From Leucoraja ocellata (lineage: Eukaryota), in NCBI GenBank assembly GCA_036785375.1, contig JAWMAR010000722.1, positions 558,001 through 622,000 on the forward strand: a DNA stretch of 64,000 nt, written 5' to 3'. The translations under genes and the position numbers were made by a program. The notes under the pieces were generated by a model. The model saw only the letters and a program-made list of their open reading frames with translations, searched no databases and was not told the origin of the DNA. Shown piece after piece: positions 1 to 12,152 of the stretch; position 1 is the stretch's first letter; every line of letters starts with the position of its first letter.

Positions 1-680
1 CTTTCCGTCTGTTTAAGGAGAGAAATCTTTTATCCTACATGACATTGGGGTTACGTATGACCCCACGCCCACAATAAGGCAATTGACTCTAAACCACCAT
101 CTGAAGACATTCAGCTTGTCACTCAGTTATATCCAAGTACTATGGAGTGCTTGAAGTGGTCACAGGGAGAACGTGCAAACTCCATACAGACAGTACCCGA
201 AGTTAGTATCGAACCTGGGTATCTGGTGATGTGAGGCAGGAACTCTACCATTTGCACCACTGTGCCACCATAACTATGTTCTATAACAAGGGAAATTAGA
301 GTTGCTGCCTTACAGCGCGAGAGCCGGGTTCGATCCTGACTACGGGTGCTGCCTGGACAGAATTTTTATGTTCTCCCTGGGTTTTCTCCGGGTGCTCCAG
401 TTTCCCCCCACATTCCAAAGACGTGAAAGTTGTAGGTTAATCGGCTTTGGTTAAATTATAAATTGTAGGATTGTGCTAGTGTACAGGGTGATCGCTGATC
501 GGCGCAGACTCGATGGACGAAGGGCCTGTTTCCGTACTACATCTCCACAGTCTAAAGTAAAGAAAAATAAGACATTTTAAGAGTTGTTTTAATTCATGGG
601 CATTTATCAGCTTGAAGGACATGTTCATCACTATTAAGGCAGTGCATAAAACACAATGTCTGTTCTTATTCTCCCCACAG

Positions 681-980
681 TTGAAGGCCAGCTATCTTTT
701 GCGACGGACATTTCATCTATTGAGCAAAACCGTGTCTTCGTCATTGTCTGTAAGGCAGAAGGCTGGTATCCTGCACCAGCTATCCTATGGAAAAAAAACA
801 ACACAACCATTGATTCAAAAATGTACTCCACCACTGTCCATCAGTCTTCAGAAAATCGCTACAATACCTTCAGCACTTTAAACCTTACCCTTAGTGTCAG
901 CTCTAAGATTACGTGTCTGGCCAACATTAAAGCTCTTCCTCAGCCTAGAACTACTGCGCTATTCATCACAGTGAAGCCAA
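681..980 (+). CDS. IGSF5: IGSF5/JAM4-like gene, membrane-proximal Ig (C-type) domain exon
   Basis: Acceptor ttattctccccacAG (679-680) and donor GTaagt (981); 300 nt, phase 1-1. Translates (V)EGQLSF...VIVCKAEGWYPAPAILW...STLNLTLSVSSKITCLANIKAL...ITVKP, with the Ig Cys-Trp-Cys core and N-glycosylation sequons. The IGSF5 call rests on this domain plus the downstream YQNE motif, compared with mammalian IGSF5 from memory. The IgV exon was not found and presumably lies upstream of the window. Confidence 0.85.
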
Positions 981-1249
981 GTAAGTATAAATGCCTTGTG
1001 TACTGGAGTGAAGCAGGGTTTATTTAATGCCATGATTTACTGATGGGTCACAATTTATATCAAACGCAGTCCGTGAGAAGGTTACAGATAGATGTCATGT
1101 TGGGAGTAATACTGAGCAGGGATGTCTCAATTATTGTAGTAGACTCGTTTGTGGGCTGTGGTGTCCTTGGACCAGGGAAATGAAGAATATTAATTTTTCT
1201 GCAGTGTTTACATGGTGTGGGGGGGACAATAACTAACAGCAATATGGTG

Positions 1250-1530
1250 ACCAGTGGCGCAGTAGTAGAGTTGCTGCCTTACAATGGCAGAGACCCGGGT
1301 TCGAACCTGACTTCGGGTGCTGTCTAAATGGAGTTTGTACGTTTTCACCAGCTGCTCCAATTTCCTCCCACATTCCAAAGATGGACAGCTTTGTAGGTTA
1401 ATTGGATTTGGGAAAAATTGTAAATTGTCCCTAGTGTGTAGCGGAGTGCTAGAGTATGGGGATCGCTGGTCTGCACGGACATGGTGGACTGAAGGGCCTG
1501 TTTCCGTGCTGAATCTCTAAACTAAACTAA
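1250..1530 (+). mobile_element. HE1-type tRNA-derived SINE (representative of >20 copies, e.g. 290-560, 2838-3200, 16935-17170, 19270-19578, 21630-21905, 37875-38250, 41838-42150, 61187-61473)
   Basis: A-box tggcgcag and B-box ggttcgaacc; 3' end gaagggcctgtttccgtgctg shared with the CR1/HER1 LINE; (aaact)n tail. Confidence 0.88.
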
Positions 1531-2282
1531 CGGCAGAATTAGGTCCATGTTTATCCAAGCCTCCTGCCACCATTTCCCCTCCGAGTTAACAAATAAAAAA
1601 TAGTTTACAGAAGGAACAGGTGTCCACAGTATTAAATTGTGACCTTGTTGACAAAGGAGACATTTGTATAAGGAAAGACACAGATGCTGAAGTGTCTCAG
1701 TGAGTCAGGCAGTATCTCTGGAGAACATGGATAGGTGACGTATCGGGTCAGGACCCTTCTTCGAACTAGCATCTGCAGTTGCCTGTTTCTACAGACAATT
1801 GTAGAAACCTATTTCAGACTTTGGATTGATTTATAATGGATTGTCTATTTAAAGTAAGCTCCACCTCATAATGAGGACAATAGAACCATATTTCTAAAAT
1901 ACACAATTCTAAAACACTAATTGGTGACCATTAATGATTTTGACCCTGATTTTTAATATTCATACTTCAAAGAATTCTGTAACTATTTTAATTGGTACAA
2001 TTTTTTAGAGGTGTGTATCAATGAACCACTAGAGCTAAATGAGGTTGCTGGAAAAGGTCAGGTGAATCCATTGTCCTTCTCCAAAATCAAGAAGGCATCT
2101 AAAACACTCAGTCGCCTTGTTTCAAACAACAGTTTGAACTGTTTTACTGTTATAATGTTATTTTTACAAACCATGTTTCTCGGGGTATCAAAATCTAAAT
2201 TTTATTAGTTATTTAAGTATGACATCGGATGGAAGCTGCAAACCCAAATCATGTTGCACTTATGTGCAATAACAATAAAATA

Positions 2283-2323
<41 letters not shown>
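2283..2323. repeat. (TTA)n microsatellite, probably a retroposon tail
   Basis: Directly visible; follows caataaa. Confidence 0.9.
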
Positions 2324-2324
<1 letters not shown>

Positions 2325-4156
2325 TGAATATATATCTGCATGCTTAATTTGTATATGTTTATTAACATTTAGATAGCTTATTACGGAATATGGAGTTAGT
2401 TATTGTCCCATAGTATAAGTCTATGTCGGCAGTTTAGATACTACTTTGGCATTGGGCTTGGTTTTTTTTTTTGATAAGCGCTTATTCTGATGTTATGGCA
2501 GAAGTATTTTGTTTATCAGTAATGAAATGTTCCCCATTAAAGTTATCAATCAATCAGTCCTCTCTCCCTTATAATGGTATGAGGTAATCGATACAATTTT
2601 TGTAGGCTTACTCTCTTGATGTACTCGAATTTCGCAGTCTTATAGTTTGTTCGTCTTTTCCCAAATCTAAAATCAATTGATAGTGTTTAACAACAATTTG
2701 CTAATTCTCCAATAAATTGTATTCCCATAAAAAGGGGGTGAGTTATGGACAAACTTCAAAACTAATCAATCTGTTGAAATATGAAAAATATGTCTGTGAT
2801 AAAATGAACAATAGTGGCCTCCACATTGACAATGACACGGTATGGTGGTGCAGTGGTAGAGGTGTAGCCTTACAGCACCTGAGACTCGGGTTCGATCTTA
2901 ACGGTGCTGTCTGTACGGAGTTTGTATGTACCTCCTGTGATCTACGTGGGTTTTCTCCGGGATCTCCGGTTTCTTCCCACATTCCAAAGACAGACAGGCT
3001 TGGTATAATCGTAGGTACACAAAAAAGCTGGAGAAACTCAGCGGGTGCAGCAGCATCTATGGAGCGAAGGAAATAATTGGTACAATCGTAAATTGTCTCC
3101 AGTGTGTGAAGGATAGTGTAAGCATGCGGGGATCGCTGGTCGGCATGAAGTCGGTGGGCCGAAGGGCTTGTTTCCGCACTATATCTTTAAACTAAACTAA
3201 GATACTAGTAATTGCTCCAATATAACTCTGATCAATATCAAAATCTATCAACATGTGTGATAGTAGAATACATTAATTGGTAATATATGACTTTTATAAA
3301 ATATTTCTAATGTTATAGTTTACTTTAACAGCCAAATCTCCTTACATTATGATCATGTCAAACTACAGTTATTGCAGAATATTTTACTGAAGACATATCA
3401 AGCCTGCAATATTCAGGAAAAAAAAAGATTTATTATGTTATTATTACGATTGTTATAAATGGCCATAGAATGCCTTGATCTGAGAACATTTCAAGGCATA
3501 TTGACATTACTATTATTTTTAAATTATTAGTCGGCACTAAACTGGATAATTTCTTAATAAATGCATAATATAAATTATTCCAGTAGCTCAGGGGATAGGT
3601 GCAGCCAGACCAAGATGATTTTGGATTCTGTTTGATAGTATGTCAGATGTGTGATGGTGAAGCTACAAGAATTGATCTGAACCTCCTTAGAGGGAGCCTG
3701 ACTATCGACCGATATCAAGGCTGTGCATGTAGACATTGGGCAACAACAGTTTGGAGCCTCTAATTGCAAACTCAATGCCAGTCAACCTCCCGAAAGTCAG
3801 GTTTAGATAAAAATGCGCAGAAAAGAAAACCCAGAGTCTGTGACTGAAATCCAAGTCCGAGGCAAAAGTTCGGGTGAGATAGGGGGAGAATTAAATCATG
3901 ACTTGTATTTCATTCTCATAGTTTGCCTGTTGTACCCTTGTAGTTAGCTTATTATTAGTTTCGAGAAACAGGGCGAAAACAGGCCCTTCGGCACACCGAG
4001 TCCGTACCGACCGGCGATCCCCGCACACTAATGTCACATCTTCGCTTACGATGTGGAATAATAATACTGACACAATATTTACAGGTTACTTTCCTTTGTC
4101 TCTATGTTTATTATCTCCCCCGGCCATGGCCTCCTGCCTTGGCTTACACAGCGCAC

Positions 4157-6247
4157 CTGTGACAGATCTTGACAAATCTTTTGGCATCTTTCTCACAACC
4201 TGGCCACCACACTTTGCTCTGTAAATTCTGTTTGGTACAGACGATGCCTAAATGTCTGTCATGAGCCAATGACACGTACCTTGGTCGTAGTGCCTGCGGG
4301 ATCTTCAATCTGCTACCTCTCAGCACACACTGACCAATTAGACAAAATTCATCTTTTATGGGAACATATACTTTGTAAGGGCATTGATCCCATTGCCCAC
4401 TGTGTATACGCTCTCTGATATCTTTGAGTTCAGGATCATGTTCCGATTCCCTTTCAACTTCCTTCATTGTCACGGCTCTTGGCGTTGACTGAATTATGAC
4501 GAAGTGCACAAAGTTCTCTGCTTCCATCTCTAGCGTGGATGTTGCTCCCAGCTGTTCATCCTTCAACAGTCTCGATGGCGGGTCTGCGATGTTTGCTTTC
4601 CCAGCTACTGTACTGTTGGAGTCTTAGCACCCATCGTTTTATTCTGGCACATGGCTTGGACCTTGTCAAATAGATCACTTCCAGCGGCTTGTGATTTGTA
4701 ACGAGTTCGAATTCGATTTCACTTTAGCCTTGGCCGGGTGCAGCCCTTCACTTGTGAGTCCGGGGCCCATGAAATCGATCTCAGAGACGTCAAACTTGTA
4801 CTTTTCTTCATTCACGGTGAGTCCTGCTTCTTGAAGTTTAGTCAACACTAGCTTCAACCTCCTGTCATGCTCTTCACGAATTAGTGCATGGACGATGATG
4901 TCATCTGATACGTTTGCTGCTCCTGGTACACCTTGAATCACTCTGTGGATTTCGTACTGATAGATCTCGGGGGCAGCATTGATTCCGAACATCAGTCTTT
5001 TGTACCGATACAATCCACAGTGAGTGACATATGTTGTCACCTCTCTTGACTCTGGATGTTATTCCAATTGATGATATCCCCACTTGAGATCAATTTTGGA
5101 GACCACTTTACTGGTTGATAACTCTTGTAGCACCTCATCAACCTTAGGAATTGGGTGTCTTTCTCTGATTATTACCTCATTGGCTCTCCTCATGTCAACG
5201 CACAGTCTGATGTCATCATTGGTTTTCGGCACAATCACCACTGGACCCATCCATGGTGTCGAACGTTCAACTGGCTCAATAATGACCTGATCAATCAACT
5301 CCCTGAGTTTAGCTTCTACTTTTCCCCAAAGTCCAAATGGCGTTTTCCGCACCGGTTGAGCTATCGGCTTGACATTTTCATCAATGGCAAACTTCGCTTG
5401 CCGGCCTTTCAATTTTCCAACCCCTTGGAATACTGAGTGAAATTCCTGCCTCATGTCATCATATGACTGCACTGAATTGACTTGCACTCCGGTGTGAGGC
5501 AGTCCCAGCTCTCGAGCTGTATTGCTACTCAGCGAAGGTTCTCCCTTCTCTATCAACATGAATTCTGCTTCAGTTTTTCTATCTCCGACTTCTACTTTAG
5601 CCGTGAAACATCCAATCGTCTGCAATGGGTCAGTTGCGGTGTATGGATATAACTTCCTGCTACACCTCCTTGACGTGCACTTGATCTTCTGCTTTTTCAA
5701 GCATTCCCAAAATAATCTGCCAAGTATGTTACTGTCGCTACCAGAATCTACAATCACTGGCACTGTAACACTTCCGATGGTCACTGCAACTTTCACGTGA
5801 TGGCTTATCATTCAATGCAAACTGATAATTCATTTTAACAGCATGCTCACCAGCTTCATCACTGTCTTCATCACGTCCAAAATCATCTTCCACGTGACGG
5901 ACGTGACCCTTCTTTTTCTGCCAAGGTCTATCTTTCTTTTCACTGGACTTCCCTTGTTGTAATCACTTGTCTTGTCCCTGGCCTGACTTTTACATTTCTT
6001 TGCAAAATGATCTTTATCTCCACATTTCCTACATCTTCTACCTTTTGCTGGACAACATGCATCCTTCCCTATGTGACCCTTGTTGCAACACCTGTAACAC
6101 TCAATCTCTTGTTCAGGCTTGCTTCTTGGACTACCGTAGGACAGCCAGTTAACTTGCCCAGTCTTTGAATCTTTCAATTTCATGCTGTGAAATTGTCCCT
6201 CAACAGATTCCAGTGCTGCTGCAATCGACAAAGCATCATTAAGGTTT
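4157..6247 (-). pseudogene. Degraded Gypsy gag (two CCHC knuckles) - protease - RT - RNase H remnant - integrase HHCC domain
   Basis: CYRCCNKGHIGKDACC/CRKCGDKDHFAKKC; IVDSGSDSNI; LCVDMRRAN, KIDLKWGYHQ, RLMFGINAAPE, NVSDDIIV; RIKRWVLRLQQY; HDRHLG...WWPG...CHRC. Frameshifted, with most of RNase H missing. Confidence 0.92.
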
Positions 6248-7201
6248 AACTAAGCAGGAGCAACCCACCAGAACCAATTAGAAGTACAAAGTTGACAACA
6301 GGACCAAGGGTTGACATAGCTGTTGACTTTCTTGGACCACTTCCAACAGGTGAATCAATTATGGTTGTGGTAGACTACTATAGTAGGTTCAACGAGTATG
6401 CAGTGATGAAGTCAACTACAGCAGAAAAGACGGTACAGGCATTAGCAGAGATCTTCGCCAGACACGGGTTGCCAGTTACACTGCACTCCGACAATGGGCC
6501 ACAGTTTGCTTCTGAGATGTTTGCTGAATACATAAGAATCACAGGCATCCATCATCACAAGGTGACTCCTAAATGGCCACAAGCTAACGGAGAAGTAGAG
6601 AGACAAAACCAGTCCATAGAGAAGAAGATACGAATCCCCCATGCTGAAGGGAAAAACTGGAAGGAGGCACTGGTAGCATACGTACCTGTATATCGGGCGA
6701 TCACTCACTCAACATCAGGGAAAGGCCCAGCAGAAGCCTTGATTGGAAGGAAAATATGCACAAAAATACCAGAAGTGTGAGTGATCACGGAGGACCAGGA
6801 GCTGAGAGACTGTGATGCCGAAAAGAAAGGTGCAGCAAAATGTTATTCCGACTTGAAACAAGGAGCCAGGCACTCTGAAATAATGACTGGTGATGACGTG
6901 CTTGTGAGGCGAGATGATGGCGGTAAGGTGGACACTCCTTACCATTACTGGATCGAGGAGTGGCAGCGTGGTGGCAGTCAAGTCTCCAGAAGGTGTTACC
7001 TACAAAAATGTATCGAGTGGCAAAAAGTACATGTCCAGAGACACTCAAAGCGAGGTGGCCCAAAATCCACCGAGAGCTACCGATTCAGAGGGGCCAGACG
7101 ACATCCCTGAGGCAGTGACCAGTGCTCCTGAGACAACCAGCATTTCCGAGGTGGTGACCATTCCAGAGGCTGCAGGCTGCAACTTGGAGGACAGGTCGTG
7201 T
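6248..7201 (+). pseudogene. Gypsy integrase catalytic core and C-terminus
   Basis: DDE triad retained (VDFLG / HSDNGPQF / ANGEVER); premature stop at 6778-6780, then a degraded C-terminal region. Confidence 0.92.
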
Positions 7202-7670
7202 GTGCACTGTGTAAGCCAAGGCAGGAGGCCATGGCCGGGGGAGATAATAAACACAGAGACAAAGGAATGTAACCTGTAGATATTGTGCCAGTATTATTAT
7301 TCCACATCTTAGGCGAAGATGTGACAACTAACACTATACTACACACTAGGGACAATTTTACACTGATATCAAGCCACAAACGTACAAACCTGTACCTATT
7401 TGGAGTGTAGGAGGAAACCAAAGATTTCAGAAAGAACCCATGTGGTCATGATGAGAACCTACAAAATGCGTACAGGTAGCACCCGTGGTCGGGATCGAAC
7501 CCGGGTCTCTGGCGCTGCAAAGCAGCAACTCTACCGCTGCGCCACCATACTGCCCTACTTGGACTACGTGTACTATTTTGTCTATTAACCTCAAAAAGGT
7601 TCTATTGTCAAGAACGATGGTGCCACTGGTTATCGACTGTTCACTAATTCATTGAAATATTTGACTTCAG

Positions 7671-7790
7671 CTGCTGACGGGAATCAGTCTTGGCTAATTA
7701 TTGCCATTGTGGTGCCCATTGCTGTGGCCATCCTGCTTATAATACTCATCATTGTGATTGTTATCTGCCTAAAACGAAGAAAACGCTATG
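7671..7790 (+). CDS. IGSF5: IGSF5-like transmembrane exon
   Basis: ttgacttcAG|ct ... tatg|GTcagt; 120 nt, phase 1-1, in frame with exon 681-980. Translates TADGNQSWLIIAIVVPIAVAILLIILIIVIVICLKRRKRY: a hydrophobic helix followed by a basic stop-transfer segment. Confidence 0.88.
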
Positions 7791-8287
7791 GTCAGTGCCA
7801 ACATTCTCTTTATCCTTTATTTACATACAGCTTTAATTTAATTTTAAAGATGTACACAAAATGCTGGATTAACACAATGGGTCAGGCAGCATCTCTGGAG
7901 AAAAGGAATAGGTGACGTCTTGAGTCGGGTCCCTACTTCCGACTGAAAGATACACGTGGGGATTGCGGGGGTGGTGGGGGGGGTGGGTGGAAGAAAAAAC
8001 TGGTGGCGAGAAAAGGCCAGAACAAATCATGGGCCAGCAACAGATGACTTTGGGATGGGTGGGGTCCATAATGGCCCATTGTTGGCTGGGGAAGAGAGAG
8101 GGACATAAGGATGTGAACAATGGAACTCGTAGAACGACTAGGGGTGCAGGAGGTGGTGTAGGTAAGAGAGGGAGGGGGAGGGAATGTTTAGGAAGGAACT
8201 GCAGTTGCTGGTTTAAACTGAAGATGGACACAAAATGCTTGAGTAACACAGGGGGACAGGCAACATCCCTGGAGAGAAGGAATGGAT

Positions 8288-8535
8288 GACGTTTCGGGTC
8301 AAGACCCTTCTTCAGACTAGTCAGGGGAAAAGGAAACGAAAGGGGGAGGAAATGCAGGAGTTACTTGAAATGAGAGAAGTTCATACTGCTGGGTTGTAAC
8401 CAGCCCAAGCGAAATATGAGGTGCTGTTCTTCCAATTTGCATGTGACCTCACACTGACAGCGGGGGAGGCCCAGGACAGAATGGGAAGGGCGAGTTAAAA
8501 TGTTTAGCAACCAGGAGATCGCGTAGGCGAATGCG
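8288..8535 (-). mobile_element. Penelope-like (Neptune-type) retroelement 3' fragment: GIY-YIG endonuclease C-terminus plus terminal repeat with hammerhead core
   Basis: Minus strand reads LVAKHFNS...VLGLPRCQCEVTCKLEEQHLIFRLGWLQPSSMNFSHFK*, followed by CTGAAGAAGGGTCTTGACCCGAAACGTC. Confidence 0.75.
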
Positions 8536-10129
8536 GTTGTTTTGTATAAGAAGGAACTGCAGATGCTGGTTTAAACCAAAGATCGACCCAAAAAAGCTGG
8601 AGTAACTCAGCGGGACAGGCAGCATCTCTGGAGAGAAGGAATGGGTGAAGTTTCGGGTCGAGAACTCTGAAGAAGGGTCTCGATCCGAAACGTCACACAT
8701 GCCTCCTCTCCAGGGATGCTGCCTGCCCCGCTGAGTTACTCCAGCTTTTTGTGTCTATCTGCGGTTCTTTTGTATATGTTTTGAATTATATTCATAAATG
8801 TGCAGAGTGATTTGGCATGTTACTCGAGGGTCTTAGACCAGACAATGCCAGACTTTGGGCCAGTATTTGACGGATTGTATCTGTGCTAACTGAGCCATTG
8901 AAGGCTATCCAATCAAGTGAGCTGGAGTGATTTATATTATTTGACTTTACCGTAAGAAATTAAATTCCAAGAATGATAATAACAAGTAAAGGCATGGAGG
9001 AGGAAAAACCTTGTGATGTCCTTGAGAAACTAATTCTCAATTGATCCCTCTGTTAAAAACTTACCTTGAGTTTGCCAAGGTTATAAACTATCCTGCGTTA
9101 TACATTTCTTTGTGGGTAATGTGTTTCGTTTGTTTATTGCTCTGTGTGTGAAATAATCAAACCTAGATGATTCAGATTCTCCAGAAATTGTCAAAAGAAC
9201 TGGAGATAATTACAACTGTGGGCTGTGGAGGTCAGGTCAATGGATGTTTTTAAGGTGGAGATTGATTGATTCTTGATTAGTACGGGTGTCAGGGGTTGTG
9301 GGGAGAAGGCAGGAGTATGGGGTTGAGAGGGAAAGATAGATCAGCCGTGATTGAATGGCGGAGGAGATTTGATGGGCCGATCGGCCTAATTCTGCTCCTG
9401 CAACTTATTAACTTATGAATTAATTTTGTTAAAAGAAGATACCGTATAAGCTGCATTTCAAATGGTGTCCCAAGATGGGCTAAAAGGGATTGCACTAACT
9501 TCTGTGCAGCACATTGGGGTTGCTACGTTGGCTAAAAACCACAATAGCAAACGCTACTATGTCTTTTAAAATCCATTGTGTGGTCTTCCCTCCATCATGT
9601 TTCGCCCCTATATGTGGAACTCCCCTGGGAAGCCATTCTATGTCCATTTCACAGGTTACTATGACCCAAGCTCAGGATCTTCCAACCTTTAGACCACAAT
9701 ATCCCGTGTTTTTCAGCTCCAGTGGTGTCCTGCATTAATGTCTTTGCTCATTCAGCTGGAAGATATACCTGAAAGAACAGACACTTTATCCCCCTCTTCC
9801 GCTAACCCTTCTGGACATATATCAATTAGACAGGTACATGGATGGATAGGACAGGTTTAGAAGGATATGGGCAAAAGCAGGCAGGTGCGACTAGTGTAGA
9901 TATGACATGCTGGTTGGTATGGGCAATTTGGGCCAAAGGGCCTGTTTCCACACTGTATGAGTATTTGATTTGATTTGATTCAACTTTATTGTCATTGCAC
10001 AAATACGAGTACAGGTACAACAAAATGCAGTTTAGCGTCTGGTCAGAGTGCAAGATAGTAGAAATAAAAAATACTGGTTAAACAATATGTCCACTGTGGA
10101 TGAATTAAACTGGTACACAGTTAAAATAA

Positions 10130-10500
10130 AAGGTAGACACAAAATGCTGGAGTAACTCAGCAGGACAGGCAGCATCTCTGGAGATTAGGAATGGGTGACG
10201 TTTCGGGTCGAGACCCTTCTTCAGGGGAGTGGGCCGTACAGAGATAGAATGTAGTCGGAGACAGTAGTAAGACTGATGGGAGAACTGGGAAGGGGGAGAG
10301 GATGGAGAGAGAGAGAAAGGGTGGGCTGTTCATCCAATTTTCACTGGGCCTCACTCTGACAATGGAGGAGGCCCAGGACAGAAAGGTCAGATTGGGAATG
10401 GGAGGAGGAGTTAAAGTGCTGAGCAACTGGTCCCACTCAGTTACTCCAGCATTTTTGTGTCTACCTTCCATTTAAACCAGCATCTGAAGTTCTTTCCCAC
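10130..10500 (-). mobile_element. Penelope-derived repeat with endonuclease remnant and intact hammerhead core (10197-10224)
   Basis: Same VAQHFNS..GLLHCQSEAQ remnant, the same terminal repeat, and a short inverted second arm at 10435-10500. Confidence 0.7.
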
Positions 10501-10623
10501 ACATCCTGTGCAGTTAAAATATCACTCTTTACTAAAACATTGTCTGCTTATAACAATCTAATGGAAAAATTATGCTATTACAGAATTTCCTCGTTAATAA
10601 CTTTGTTTTTCTTTACTTTTTAG

Positions 10624-10648
10624 AAACTCGCTATCAGAATGAGTTGAG
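10624..10648 (+). CDS. IGSF5: IGSF5-like cytoplasmic micro-exon (ETRYQNEL)
   Basis: Long polypyrimidine tract + tAG, donor GTaagt; 25 nt, phase 1 to 2. YQNEL resembles the juxtamembrane STYQNEI of mammalian IGSF5 as recalled. Confidence 0.8.
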
Positions 10649-11869
10649 GTAAGTAAGCATGCATTCGTTTTTTTAAATGATATATACATTCCAAAATTGG
10701 TAAATCTTTAAAAATATTTTATCTGCTGTAATACCTGATGTGGTGCAGCATTGTATATAAAGACATGGTAATGAGTTAGACAGTGGAAATAAGGAACTGC
10801 AGATGCTGGTTTACATGAAAGGACACAAAGTGCTGAAGTAGCTCAATGGTTCAGGCAACATCCTGGCGAATAGGGATAGGTGACATTTTGAGTCGACAAT
10901 CAGTCTGAACAAGGATCGCGACCCAAAACGTCACCTATCCATGTTCTCCAGAAATGCTGCCTGACCCACTGATGATGGGTCCACTCCAGCACTTTGTGTC
11001 CTTTTTAATATGTTAGATAGTATTGGTTAGGATGTCAGTAGACCACCTAGTATCATTGTCTCCATCACCAGAAGGAGAAAAATCAGCCTGTGCTTCTCTT
11101 CCTTATCGCTACCCTGTAATTTCTAGTGGAAAATGGATACAATATAAATTCTACTGAACCTGCACTATCTATAGAAGAAGGAGAGGTGATATTCTCATCA
11201 CTTACAGAATTCGTAGGGGTCTTGACAGGGCTGCTGCAGAGTTAATATTATCCTTGGATGTAGCATCTGGAATCAAGAATCACAATCAGCCATTCAAGGA
11301 TCAGTCATTCAAGTCAAAAAAGAGAAGTAATTTCTTCATCCAGAGGATGGTGAATCTTTGGAATTCTTAATCTAAGAGGGCAGTGGAATTCAGATACTGA
11401 GTGTATTCGAGACAGATATTGGTAGATTTTTAGGTATCAAAAGAACAAAGGATATTGGATTAATGCAGAATTATGGTATTGAGAGAAAAAAGAGAGATTT
11501 TCCATCTTTTCCACGGAAGATTGGCAATATTCTATTGAATAGCAGAGCAGAAACAAGGGGCCAAATGGCCTACTCCCGATTCCATAATGGTTATTTTTTT
11601 AAATAGATGTCCGATCAAACTCGTCTGTGATGCAGTCAATGGTTACGCAGGCCTGTAAAAAATGACAAAAGTAAACTGATCAATGAAGATGTTTGAGTTA
11701 CTGGTTAGAATCTACTGACACTGCTCCTCAACGATGGAATCATCTTCCCATCACCTTCCTTATGTACCACAGTGGCTTTTTTTCCCGATAATGCTCCTAT
11801 GAAGTGTCTTCAGGTATGTAGTAGTTTAGTGGTTCACTGGTTAGGTCCTCGTATATTCCCCTATCCTAA

Positions 11870-12090
11870 ATCAATGACTGGGTTTGGAGCCGCAGAAAGA
11901 CCAGGCTCAACGAAGATGGCACATTTCCTTCCCTCATGACTTCAGCAAGTCAAGCAGTTTTCTCATCATATTTAATATTTACTTGAATTTAAAAGCCCCA
12001 GCTCCTGTGGGCGGATTCCAAACACGTGTCCACAGATTAATAGACCCTGACTCTTGAGTACCGGTCTAGTAACTTAATCCAGTATGTGTA
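11870..12090 (-). mobile_element. Ancient, degraded Deu-domain SINE (SacSINE1-like)
   Basis: Recognised segments (atttccttccct, ttgaatttaaa..cccagct, tctagtaac) recur at 60780-60960 (-) and 21480-22070 (+). Family assigned from memory. Confidence 0.4.
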
Positions 12091-12152
12091 ATGTGATGGA
12101 CTTGTTCTAAATCCTAACGTTCTTTAATGCCGATCTGTATTACAATCTCCAG

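Larger units (their letters stand above)
4032..7326. mobile_element. Gypsy-derived element with 125-bp terminal inverted repeats and 5-bp TSD
   Basis: Starts TGTCACATC (4032) and ends GATGTGACA (7326). 4032-4156 is the reverse complement of 7202-7326 with 7 mismatches counted by eye. ACTAA is duplicated at 4027-4031 and 7327-7331. Interrupts a SINE whose halves rejoin. Confidence 0.9.

Noticed and set aside
1250-1325. tRNA genes
   Set aside because: The A/B boxes belong to SINE heads that continue into SINE body and tail; no complete cloverleaf.
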